Shown piece after piece: positions 1 to 11,579 of a stretch of 64,000 bases of DNA. The notes beneath the pieces are model-generated. The model did no database searches. It was not told the origin of the DNA and saw nothing but the letters and a program-made list of their open reading frames with translations. The translations under genes were made by a program, and so were the position numbers. Each line of letters begins with the position of its first letter. Positions within the stretch are counted from its first letter, which is position 1. The DNA comes from Histomonas meleagridis 2922-C6/04-290x (taxonomy: Eukaryota; Protista; Parabasalia): the NCBI GenBank assembly GCA_020184695.1, contig JAANOX010000052.1, positions 186,001-250,000 of the forward strand. Direction: 5' to 3'.

Positions 1-307
1 AGACACAAATAATAGAAACTTAGAATTACTTCATTCAACGATTTCTAATTGTACACGCCAATTACTATTTACCAAAGAAATAGTTGAAACGAAGGACGAA
101 CTTAACCAAGATTTTTCAGAAGTTCTTCGAGAACTTTCATTCGAAGATCAACTTTCAAATGATTTTTTAGTTCCTGTTCCAACACTTGAATCAGAAATTA
201 ATCAATCTTTTTCAACGTCAAAACAAACACAAGAAATAAACACTCAACAAGAAGAAATTAAACAAGAAAAAAGTCTTGATGAATGGCTTGATAATCTTCT
301 TGGATAA
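1..307 (+). CDS. 3' part of a small acidic protein, possibly Aven-like (runs off window start)
   Basis: Open frame from base 2 to TAA at 305-307 (...NQDFSEVLREL...SLDEWLDNLLG*). An inverted second copy lies at 19494-19941. Confidence 0.6.
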   Translation, partial: DTNNRNLELLHSTISNCTRQLLFTKEIVETKDELNQDFSEVLRELSFEDQLSNDFLVPVPTLESEINQSFSTSKQTQEINTQQEEIKQEKSLDEWLDNLLG

Positions 308-431
308 AATATTTGTTGTTAATCATATTTTTATATTTAATTATTCATGAATAAAATATTTCTTCAGAATTTTTTATTATTATTATTATTAAATAATAAT
401 ATGCACATATAAATTTAAATCGTTATTCAAT

Positions 432-2170
432 TTATTTATATGAATTTCCAGTATCACTATCAATTCCTTCTTGTTCAAGAAGTATTTTAACTATTTCTGT
501 ATGTCCATTTTCAGATGCTCTAATAAGTGCTGTCTGAAATAATTTAAATTATTTTTAAATATTATTTTGAAATATCAAATTATTAAAATAAATATTAAAT
601 AAAACAAATAGATATCTTTAGCATTAATATCAATTCCTTCTTGTTCAAGAAGTATTTTAACTATTTCTGTATGACCTTTTAAAGATGCGTACATAAGTGC
701 TGTTCTAAATAATTTTAATAATTTCCAAATATTATATTGAAATATAAAATTATTAAAATAAATATTATCTTTAGCATTAATATCAATTCCTTCTTGTTCA
801 AGAAGTATTTTAACTATTTCTGTATGACCATTCCAAGATGCTTTAATAAGTGCTGTTTCAAATAATTTAAATTATTTCCAAATATTATATTGAAATATAA
901 AATTATTAAAATAAATATTATCTTTAGCATTAATATCAATTCCTTCTTGTTCAAGAAGTATTTTAACTATTTCTGTATGACCATTTAAAGATGCAAACAT
1001 AAGTGCTGTTCTGAATAATTTAAATAATTTCCAAATATTATATTGAAATATAAAATTATTAAAATAAATATTATCTTTAGCATTAATATCAATCCCTTCT
1101 TGTTCAAGAAGTAATATAACTATTTCTGTATAATCATACCAAGATGCTACAATAAGTGGTGTTCTAAATAATTTAAATTATTTCCAAATATTATTTTGAA
1201 ATATCAAATTATTAAAATAAATATCATCAATAACATTAATATCAATTCCTTTTTGTTCAAGAAGTAATTTAACGATATCTGTATAACCTTTTAAAGATGC
1301 TACAATAAGTGCTGTTTCAAATAATTTAAATTATTTCTAAATATTATTTTGAAATGCCAAATTATTAAAATAAATTTTATCTATAACACTAATATCAATT
1401 CCTTTTTGTTCAAGAAGTATTTTAACTATTTCTGTATAACCTTTTTCAGATGCCCATATAAGTGCTGTTCTAAATAATTTAAATTATTTCCATATATTAT
1501 TTTGAAATTCTATATTATTAAAATAAATATAAAATTAAACGAATAAATTTTATCTATAACATTAATATCAATTCCTTCTTGTTCAAGAAGTATTTTAACT
1601 ATTTCTGTATGACCATTCCAAGATGCTTCAATAAGTGCTGTTTCAAATAATTTAAATTATTTCCAAATATTATTTTGAAATATCAAATTATTAAAATAAA
1701 TATTATCTTTAGCATTAACATCAATTCCTTTTTGTTCAAGAAGTATTTTAACTATTTCTGTATAACCTTTTTGTGATGCGTACATAAGTGCTGTTCTAAA
1801 TAATTTTAATAATTTCCAAATATTATTTTGAAATTCTATATTATCAAAATAAATATCATCAATAACATTAATATCAATTCCTTCTTGTTCAAGAAGTATT
1901 TTAACTATTTCTGTATAACCTTTTTGTGATGCGTACATAAGTGCTGTTCTAAATAATTTTAATAATTTCCAAATATTATATTGAAATATAAAATTATTAA
2001 AATAAATATTATCTTTAGCATTAATATCAATTCCTTCTTGTTCAAGAAGTAATTTAACTATTTCTGTATAACCATTTTGTGATGCCAACATAAGTGCTGT
2101 ATTAAATATTTTAAATTATTTCCAAATATTATTTTGAAATATCAAATTATTTAAATTTATTTTATCTTTA
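432..2170 (-). repeat. Tandem array of 11 units (about 153-173 bp each) = ankyrin coding segment plus AT-rich intervening sequence
   Basis: TAL/TPL codons (minus strand) recur near 2097, 1944, 1791, 1638, 1465, 1312, 1159, 1006, 853, 700 and 530. Confidence 0.95.
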
Positions 2171-3320
2171 GCATTAATATTAATATTAATTCCTTCTTTT
2201 TCTATAATGGTTTTGATAAGTTCAACATTTCCAGATTCCATTGAAAATACTAAAATATTTTTTGGGATTTGGTTGAATTTAAGAAAATATTCGGTAAGAA
2301 ATAAATTTCCTGTTAATACAGCTTCATTAATAATATTGTCATTAATTTTCATGTCATTTTCTTGTAAATATGATAAAAGTTCATAATTATGATATACAAT
2401 ACATTTTTTCCCTAATTCTTCTAAATTCTTAATTTCTTTTAATTTATTCTCATAAAAATATTTAAAGATATCATTTCGATGAAACATAATTGCTGTTTCA
2501 TATGCATATTCAAATGATGAATGATTTTGTTCACATAAATGAATGATTTCTTCATTTCCACCTACAATCGCATATTTACCTGTATTATTTACGTTTGCAT
2601 TATTCATAAGTAAATATTTAAAACATTTAATAGATCCAAAGAATGCTGCATAATCAATTAATGAAACATTCTTTTGATTAATAAATGAACATCTTTCATA
2701 AAGTGATGGTTTAATTGTTTGATTATAATCAAAATTTGTTTGTGATGATATTTCTTGAAGTTTTTTTCCATTTCATCTTTTCGAATGATTTTCGCAATTT
2801 CATTCGGATTATGTCCTTCTTTAACATATTTCTTATGAAGTTTCCAATCATTTTTTGAAAGTTCTTCATAATTTACAATAAAATCATGTTCCCTTAAACA
2901 TGTTAATTGATATTTAGACATATAATGTGCAAAATAAGCACTATGACTATATTTGACAATGTTTGGTTCAAGAAAATTATGTTCAATCATAGCTTCAAGA
3001 AGATAAGATGATTCATTTGAATTTTTATTATTAAGAAATCGCCCAAATATATCAAATATATTAGATTTGATTTTATTACTCTCTTCAAATGTTCTTATTT
3101 CTTTTATAATATTCAAAAATAATTCAACATTAATATTTTTAATTACAAAGGAATAATATGTCATTTGAATAATCATTAAATCATAAGATAAAGGATGAAT
3201 TTTATCAAATTTCCTGATTATGAAACTTAAAGATTGAGAGAAATTTTCTTCATTCAAAATAAAAATTGCTTGGTTTATTAATAGAAGTGTTTCCCAGTCG
3301 CAATGTTCCTTTGATTTCAT
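432..3320 (-). CDS. DUF3447-type ankyrin-repeat gene 1: helical N-terminus plus 11 interrupted ankyrin repeats
   Basis: ORFs 2658-3320, 2116-2607 and 1657-2091 join into one gene (motif LIDYAAFFGSIKCFKYLL; one homopolymer frameshift near 2765). The repeats TALxxASxxGHTEIVKxLLEQEGIDINAKD end in IDSDTGNSYK* with the stop at 432-434. Confidence 0.85.
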
Positions 3321-3425
3321 GTGGAAAAATGAACCAGTTCAATTCTTCACAAGGGCAAGTAAACGGCATCCATTCAAAAAATAAACAATCAAAAAGTTTT
3401 ACTTCATTGTTTGATGAGAACATGG

Positions 3426-4293
3426 GTCAAAAAAAATGGCCTTGAAAATCTATTTATAAATTTAAAATAATACTTTATAATATGATATTTATCAATCAAA
3501 AATTCATATCTAAGGATTTTCCGCATAACGTTTTGAGGTATTTATATTTGAAAAATTGTTGAAAACACCTTACTTTGTTGCCTTTTGAGGTAAATTTCAT
3601 CGTCAAAATCTGAACCCGTTATTTCATTTATGAGTAATTTTTCGCCTCCGTGTACAAGAGGATTCCAAAACAGGAATTCACCAGTCTGTAATTCAATTGA
3701 GGCCAATCTAAAAGCAAAGATTTCGACTCTGCAAAGAAAAAATGAGCAATTGAAAAAAGTTATAAAGATGAACTTCAGCAAAAATCAACTTCAAATAACA
3801 AAAGTAGACAATAATAATGTAATTAAATCGTCGGAAAATTATCCTATTATGAACCAACATGTTTTGTCATTGTCTTCGAAAAGATATGACAAATCAATTA
3901 GAAGCGACTACATATTAATGTCAATGATCGGCAAATCAATGTGGGATTTGTCGAAAAAATGAGATTTCCAAGTTACAAAACAGTTAGAAGATGGATAGAA
4001 GAAGAATTTTCTCGTATAGGTTTATCTATGAATCTATTTAATGGTTCTTTATATAGTATTCAAAAGTTATCCGAATATTTTATTAACAATGATTTTAAGA
4101 ATGTCAAAATCGTTCTAGCAGTAGATGCTGCTGGGATAAAACCAAATGTAGTGATTCATAAAAATGGAAAAATTGATGGTTTACTAGATGAAGTGGAAAT
4201 TGAGCCAGATGAAATAACAGAATAAAAAAAATCACTTGAAGCCTTCAATGCTTTCATTGAAGCAAACAAAACCGATATTATTCATTATTATTA
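3426..4293 (+). mobile_element. Truncated, frameshifted P-element-superfamily-like DDE transposase remnant
   Basis: ORFs 3630-3962 and 3941-4225 give a coiled coil, then ..MRFPSYKTVRRW.. (like the P-type LPSxxTLxRW motif) and IVLAVDAAG (first catalytic Asp). The coding frame stops abruptly at about 4293. Confidence 0.55.
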
Positions 4294-4350
4294 TTCAGTT
4301 TGGTCATTATGGCATAATTTAAAATTCACAATTTTTTTTACATATTTAAA
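4284..4350 (+). repeat. Fragment of a dispersed ~240-bp element found upstream of ankyrin genes
   Basis: TTCAGTTTGGTCATTATGGCATAATTTAAAATTCACAATTTTTTT matches 10089-10140 directly and 16801-16862 in reverse. Confidence 0.9.
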
Positions 4351-5168
4351 AATATATAAAAAGCTGTCAGCCAAATAAACGGTCGTTTCAGATCAGAAAA
4401 TCAATTTTTTCTCATTCCCCACTGAACTAAATTTAAAGAAATATAAATAAGTATACACATCCTATTCAATAAAATTCTCTTAATCAAATTTTGTTATCTT
4501 ATTTTTTTATGAGCAATCTCCAAAATTTCAAAATGCTTATTTGGGCTTTAGAATTATATACAGAAGTTCAAACCCAATAAATATATTTAATTAATAATAA
4601 TCGATATTAATTTATATAATTTTTTATAGTTTTAATTTTGTTTTTAATTTGTACATAATTTTCAATATCTATAGACAAGAGCAAAAATTCAAAGATCTGT
4701 CTTTGCAATTTTTTATAATTAATTTGTTATATAAACAAGATATACACTAACGGTTTTTGATCGTCATGCATTGAAAAAGTGAAGTTTTACTTGAGTACTC
4801 AATAATACTTCTTAAAAAAGATTCAATACTTTATACCGAAATTGAATAATTTCTAATATTTTCTGTTCATAACAGACTGAAAATAATAAGGTGTACTCAA
4901 TAGATTTCCATTAAACTTTAAGAGTAAATAATGCTATGAATAGTAAAGAATTTTTTGTTGTCATGTATTTTTCATCATTTTTTTCACAAAAATTATCATC
5001 AAATTATATGAAAATCATACAATGAAATATGATATAAAATATTCTATTTATCAAATTTTGATTCATATAATAATAATAATATTGATCAAATTTCATGTGT
5101 TAATGATAATGTATGAAGACAAACTGAATTTAGGAAATTTTTATTTCAATATTTAAATATTACCTCTT

Positions 5169-8073
5169 TTATCCTTGTGAATCTTTTAATTTTATTATGT
5201 CGTCACATTTATGATGTTGAATTTTGTCTGCAAATAATCGAATAATTTCTGCATTTTTCTTTTCTGATGATATCATAAGCGCTGTTTTATATGTTTATAA
5301 GTAATTCCAAATGTTTATATGAAATTTCATATTTATTAAAAATATTTTAAATAAAACAAAAAAATATTTTTAGCATTAATATCAATATTCTCTTGTTCAA
5401 GAAGTAATTTAACTATTTCTGTATAACCTTCATCAGATGCTCTAATAAGTGCTGTTTGAAATAATTTAAATAATTTCCAAATATTATTTTCAAATATAAA
5501 ATTATTAATATAAATTTTAAATCAAACAAATAAATATCTTTAGCATTAATATCAATTCCTTTTTGTTCAAGAAGTAATTTAACTATTTCTGTATGACCAC
5601 ATAAAAATGCTAAAATAAGTGCCGTAAAAAATAATTTAAATAAATTCCAAATATTATTTTGAAATATAAAATTATTAAAATAAATATCAAATAAAACAAA
5701 TAAATATTTTTAGCATTAATATCAATATTCTCTTGTTCGAGAAGTAATTTAACTATTTCTGTATGAACATCTCTAGATGCTCTAATAAGTGCTGTTTGAA
5801 ATAATTTAAATAATTTTCAAATATTTTTTAAGAAATATAAAATTATTAAAATAATTATTAAATAAAACAAATAAATATCTTTAGCATTAATATCAATATT
5901 CTCTTGTTCGAGAAGTAATTTAACTATTTCTGTATGAACATCTCTAGATGCTCTAATAAGTGCTGTTTGAAATAATTTAAATAATTTTCAAATATTTTTT
6001 AAGAAATATAAAATTATTAAAATAAATATCAAATAAAACAAATAAATATTTTTAGCATTAATATCAATATTCTCTTGTTCGAGAAGTAATTTAACTATTT
6101 CTGTATGAACATCTCTAGATGCTCTAATAAGTGCTGTTTGAAATAATTTAAATAATTTTTCAAATATTTTTTTAAGAAATATAAAAATTATTAAAATAAA
6201 TATCAAATAAAACAAATAAATATTTTTAGCATTAATATCAATATTCTCTTGTTCGAGAAGTAATTTAACTATTTCTGTATGAACATCTCTAGATGCTCTA
6301 ATAAGTGCTGTTTGAAATAATTTAAATAATTTTCAAATATTTTTTAAGAAATATAAAATTATTAAAATAATTATTAAATAAAACAAATAAATATCTTTAG
6401 CATTAATATCAATTCCTTTTTGTTTAAGAAGTAATTTAACTATTTCTGTATGACCATCTCTAGATGCTTTAATAAGTGCTGTTTCAAATAATTTAAATAA
6501 TTTCCAAATATTATTTTGAAATATCAAATTATTAATATAAATTTCATTTTTAGCATTAATATCAATTCCTTCTTTTTCAAGAAGTAATTTAACTATTTCT
6601 ATATGGCCTTTTTTAGATGCTAACATAATTGCTGTATCATATAATTTAATTAATTTCCAAATATTATTTTGAAATATCAAATTATTAATATAAATTTCAT
6701 TTTTAGCATTAATATCAATTCCTTCTTTTTCAAGAAGTAATTTAACTATTTCTGTATAACCATTTTTTGAAGCATTTGTTAGTGCTAAAAATATTTAAAA
6801 AAAAATTTAAAAATTTTTATGAAACAATGAAATATTTTAATAAAAATCCAATAAAATAAACAAATAATCTTGCTAAAATCAATGTATCTATTGTTAATTA
6901 AATAGTTATAAAGTTCCACATTTCCAGAAAAACCCGAAATTTTCAAAAAATCAATAGGAATATGATTACTTTCGAGAAAATATTGAGTAATATATAAATT
7001 CCCTGTTATGATTGAAGCAATGAGAGTATTTTCATTTATTTTCATTCCTTCTTTAAGTAAAAATGATAAAAGTTCATAATTATCATGTAAAACACATTTT
7101 GCTCCTAATTCTTCTAAATTCTTAATTTCTTTTAACTTATTATCATAAAAATATTTAAAGATATCATTTCGATGAAACTCTATTGCTGCTTCATATGCAT
7201 CTTTAAATGTTGTGATTTTGTTCACATAAATGAATTATTTCTTCATTTCCACCTGCAACTGCATATTTACCTGTTTTATCTAATTTTGCTCCATTCATAA
7301 GTAAATATTTAAAACATTTAATTGAAGAAAAAAATGCTGCATAATCAATTAATGTAACATTTTTATGATTAATAAATGAATATCTTTCATAAAGTGATTT
7401 TGCAATTGTTTGATTAAAATCAAAATTTGTTTCTGATGATATTTCTTGAAGTTTTTCTATTTCATCATTCCGAATTATTTTCGCAATTTCATTCTGATTT
7501 ATTCCTTCTTTAACATATTTCTGATGAAGTTCCCAATTATTCGCTTTAAGTTTTTCAAGGTTTTTGGAGAAATATTCAGAAAATTGATAACGATGGTTTA
7601 AAACGAAATGTGCTTTAAAATGTGAAAAAAATAAATTTTTCATATTTTTAGTAATCGATGAGTTAATTAAACCTTTTTCTATCAACTTTCCGATAAGATA
7701 ATTAGTTTCTTGTGAGTTATTTTTCTGATTTTTTTGATAAAAATTGTCAATTATTGAAACTTGATTTTTATTTACATCTCGTTCAATTAAATTCAAAATA
7801 AATGAAACGGCAGATGATCAAGTTGAATGAATACGTTCGTGAATTATCATAAAATTCGCATAATGAAGAAACAGATGTATCAAGATTGTTTGTATTTATG
7901 TTATAAATTATTTCTGTAAGTGCAATTAAGTCTGGAAAGGAATTTATCTTTGATGAACTCATTCCAATACTATTAAATAACACTTGAAAAAATTTTAATG
8001 GACATGTGATATGAATTTTTATATAAGATTGTAATAAATAAAAACATAGAATGAACTTCATGATGAAATCCAT
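5169..8073 (-). CDS. DUF3447-type ankyrin-repeat gene 2 with 10 interrupted repeats; two frameshifts in the 5' part (errors or pseudogene)
   Basis: ORFs 7783-8073, 7203-7796 and 6785-7225, then the repeats. The terminal capping repeat KTALMISSEKKNAEIIRLFADKIQHHKCDDIIKLKDSQG* ends at 5169. Confidence 0.8.
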
Positions 8074-8342
8074 TCACATATTTAATTTTATTTGGAATAC
8101 TTAAATTTGAATTAGGTTAATAGGTAATATATGCCCGAATGTGCATTCACATATCGAAAATAACTTATATACGACAATTACATGAATATGCCATCAATAT
8201 ATTTGAATTTTTTTGAGTTTATTAATTTTTTCGATAGGTTTGAGAAGAATTTAATGTCAAGATTTTATATAATTAAATAAAATAAATGATATTTCATCAT
8301 TGCCCAAATAATTTCTGAATTTTCAATTTATTAATAGATCAA

Positions 8343-8441
8343 GATATTATTCTTAGTTTTTTATTAATCATAGATGCAACTATGTATTTATATATTATAT
8401 ATCCATAATATCAAGATCGTATGATAATCGCCATATACGAT
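8343..8441 (+). repeat. ~100-bp direct repeat, copy 1
   Basis: GATATTATTCT...ATTAATCATAGATGC.ACTATGTAT...ATCAAGATCGTA.GAT.ATCGC.ATATACGAT also occurs at 9304-9400. Confidence 0.85.
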
Positions 8442-9303
8442 TATAATCCGATTTTAAGTTATTGATATCATTCTACATGTTCAAGCGTTTCGAAGTCAAA
8501 TTTGAATGAGTGGACGTATAAAAATCACTCAATCAGCTCGTATCGTTCTCAAAACCGTGGTATTGAATCATATTCGGAAAAATAGAGAAATTAACAACAT
8601 TACATAGAATGTCAAATAAATCGAAAAATGTAATATATTTGAAATTTGAAAGCACATAAGTAATATGAGATAAAAGGAATCGATAAATGCATCTCAAGTC
8701 AGTATTTTGAAGATAATGTGCAAATTACATTTGTATAGATATTCATTTAATAAAATTGAACATTTTGCTAAAATACAAAAATTTAAAAAAAAAAAATCAT
8801 CAAATGAATTCAATGATCAATAATCGTTTTTTCAGAAAAAAATGTATCGTTTGTACTAAGATATTTCAAGAATGTGTACTTACACAGAAACTATTCTATT
8901 GATCATAAATTATTAATCAAATTAGATAAGTACATCATTAAGGTATTACGGAAACTATCACATCATTTATTTCTCCAATAAATTCATAAATAAAATAATT
9001 TCAAAAAAATTAAGATTTCATATAATCATTTGGAATTTATAACAAATCACGATTCTATGATAAAATATCAATATTTTTATTTTTCAACAAACCAAGAATC
9101 ATTTAATTTGGCTGTTGACAAATTACAATGATGTTTATAAATATCTTTTCGAGGAAAGGGTAAAATTTCGATAATATTTACCATCATTCAAATTCGCTTC
9201 TATCGTCACTTATCGTTGCTTTTATCGTTCGATGTAAACCATGTAAAAGTCGATTTTTATCACTTTTTGGAATGAAAGAATAAATTTATCTCGTGCTAAT
9301 CAT

Positions 9304-9400
9304 GATATTATTCTCAGATTTATATTAATCATAGATGCGACTATGTATACATATTATATATTTATGATATCAAGATCGTAGGATGATCGCTATATACGAT
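9304..9400 (+). repeat. ~100-bp direct repeat, copy 2
   Basis: Aligns with 8343-8441 with scattered substitutions. Confidence 0.85.
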
Positions 9401-9904
9401 GGGTGAAAATCGCAAGTCGAGTTTAATATATAGTATTAATTTATAGGATAATTCGAGAACTATGTACAAAGAAGAAAAAGAATAACTTTTTGAATTCATT
9501 TTGCGGTTACAAATCCATCAAGATTCGTTCCCCCACGATTGAACTATACTCACAAAAAAGAATCACAAAATTAAACAGAAAATAAAAATGTTTTTACCAT
9601 TTTTCCAACAATACTTTTATATACTGGTTTAGTTGTGGTTAATTGTACGTCCAGTCTTTGCTTAGATGACCGTTTGTGTATTGTATCTTACACAAATTTA
9701 AATGAAAAGTGACTAGATTCAAAGGAAATTTTAAAAAAATTATCCCATCCTCATAAAAATTTGTCTACTGTTATCATATGTTAAAATCTGAAATGTATTA
9801 AATACATCACAAATAATTTTAAAATTAAAAATAAATCTATAAGAGGGAAAGTTGGTTGCTAGTGTCTTTATTATACTCATGTTTTATATAAAACGATGTC
9901 AACC

Positions 9905-10140
9905 ATTCAAAAATTAAACAATCAAAAAGCCTTTTTTATTGTTTGATGAGTGATAAATTCGAAAAAAATGTCAACCTCACATAGAAGACTTCTATGATAG
10001 AGTTATAAAAATAAAAAAAATCAAGAAACTCATCAAATAAAATGCGTTATGAATCTTCTATGCGTAGAATGACCGTTAATTTACGTTGTTCAGTTTGGTC
10101 ATTATGGCATAATTCAAAATTCACAATTTTTTTGACATAT
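9905..10140 (-). repeat. ~240-bp dispersed element, inverted relative to 16810-17050
   Basis: The reverse complement aligns over its length with 16810-17050. Confidence 0.9.
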
Positions 10141-10165
10141 TATATTTAGCCGGTATCATTTTTCC

Positions 10166-11410
10166 ATGCGAATTTCGGTCCAATGGGCTCGTGGTTGTCA
10201 GCACATTAATAACATCAATCTATCAGATAAAGTTACTACTTTAATCCAAGGGATTGCTACCCAACTTAGACTTAATCCAAAAAACATCACATTATATTAT
10301 GATCAACAATGCAAAAAGCGTATTCCTCAAGAAGGGAATGTCATGAATGCAAGATTACAAGATAAGCAAATTATTTTTCTTGATTACAAAGGAGCTCTTC
10401 CAGAAAGGCCAGTTGCTAAAATGACAACAGAAATTGATGCCTCTAAAAAGTATTTAGCTGAAGGTGAGGAGCCAACAAACGAAATGAAACGAATTGCTAA
10501 AGACTTTGGATCACGAGCTGTTAGTGTCAGTTTTATTGAACATAAAAATAATCTTAAGCCAAATATTGATTTCCAAGAAGAATCCAGCTGCTATGCTTTC
10601 AGAGTTTCTAGCGAGTGCATCAAAAGGTTCCAAACTATTGCGCTTCAAGAAAATTTCTCAACCCATAGAGTTATATTTTTATTTGGAAGAATTAATGAAA
10701 TTACTGGAAAGGTTACAGCACATTGCTCTTGTGAGCCGCCACAAGTTAACAAGCCCGACAGATTTGAAGTTGATGCCACATTTGATATTGATTCAGTTTG
10801 CCAAATTGCCAGCTACTTTGGAATGAAATGTGTTGGCATGGCCATATCCCACAAGCCAGACGCGAAGTTTCCTATGCTTGAATACATGATTAAGCAGGCA
10901 GCACTTTATCAAAATAAATTTGGCGAATATTTCACTACTCTCATTGTCACACCCATTGGTCAGAATGACATTTCTGTTGAAGCCTTTCAAGTTAGTGATG
11001 CTGCTATGAAGCTTGACAAAGGTGATTATTTTGCAAATTCTGATAATCAGCATGTCGTTGTTTTTAAGGAGGAATTAACTGTTTGTGGATTCAAACGTAA
11101 GGAAGCTGACGTCAACCTTTTGCTATGTGCTGTCAGAGTCCGTCAAACACATTCTAAATTCCCATCACATGAATTCCCATCACCACAACAAGAGCCAACT
11201 ATTCTCGACCTTAAGCGTTATTTTGTTGATCATGAGTATTGTCCGAACTGGTATGCGTTATTTGACTTCAATTTACTTGTCTTCCTTAAATTGAATGACA
11301 TTTTAACATTGAAGAATATTCAGATAGTGGTAAATCATATTTTGGCAAAGACCGAAATACCAAATGCTATAATGGACGTCATTAATAATGTGATTTCCGT
11401 TGTCGACTGA
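10166..11410 (+). CDS. NPL4: NPL4-like protein (Cdc48/p97 cofactor)
   Basis: N-terminal ubiquitin-like region, MPN-like core motifs FLFGR..EPPQ and EAFQVS, and C-terminal FDFNLLVFL. Confidence 0.85.
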   Translation: MRISVQWARGCQHINNINLSDKVTTLIQGIATQLRLNPKNITLYYDQQCKKRIPQEGNVMNARLQDKQIIFLDYKGALPERPVAKMTTEIDASKKYLAEGEEPTNEMKRIAKDFGSRAVSVSFIEHKNNLKPNIDFQEESSCYAFRVSSECIKRFQTIALQENFSTHRVIFLFGRINEITGKVTAHCSCEPPQVNKPDRFEVDATFDIDSVCQIASYFGMKCVGMAISHKPDAKFPMLEYMIKQAALYQNKFGEYFTTLIVTPIGQNDISVEAFQVSDAAMKLDKGDYFANSDNQHVVVFKEELTVCGFKRKEADVNLLLCAVRVRQTHSKFPSHEFPSPQQEPTILDLKRYFVDHEYCPNWYALFDFNLLVFLKLNDILTLKNIQIVVNHILAKTEIPNAIMDVINNVISVVD

Positions 11411-11579
11411 TGAATAAATCCTAAAAATGTTTTTTCGGTGTAATGAAATTTGAAAGGTTTACATAAATAAACACCGTTAATTGAAATTCAAAAAGTTTTT
11501 TAACACATCGAAAATTGAAAATATTTTAATCGAAAACCTCTTAAAACCGTCGAATCAAGAACAACTTTTTATTCACACA

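Noticed and set aside
432-2170. Repeat arrays resembling CRISPR (constant repeat plus variable part)
   Set aside because: The units encode ankyrin repeats, variation is confined to codons, there are no cas genes, and the context is eukaryotic.
11481-11579. N-terminal extensions in the ORF track (Rab, BspA, H4, ubiquitin, RPL13A, RPL27A, RING, RPL14)
   Set aside because: They start at upstream TTG/GTG/ATG codons across promoter motifs; homology and Inr/M5 position indicate the downstream ATG.
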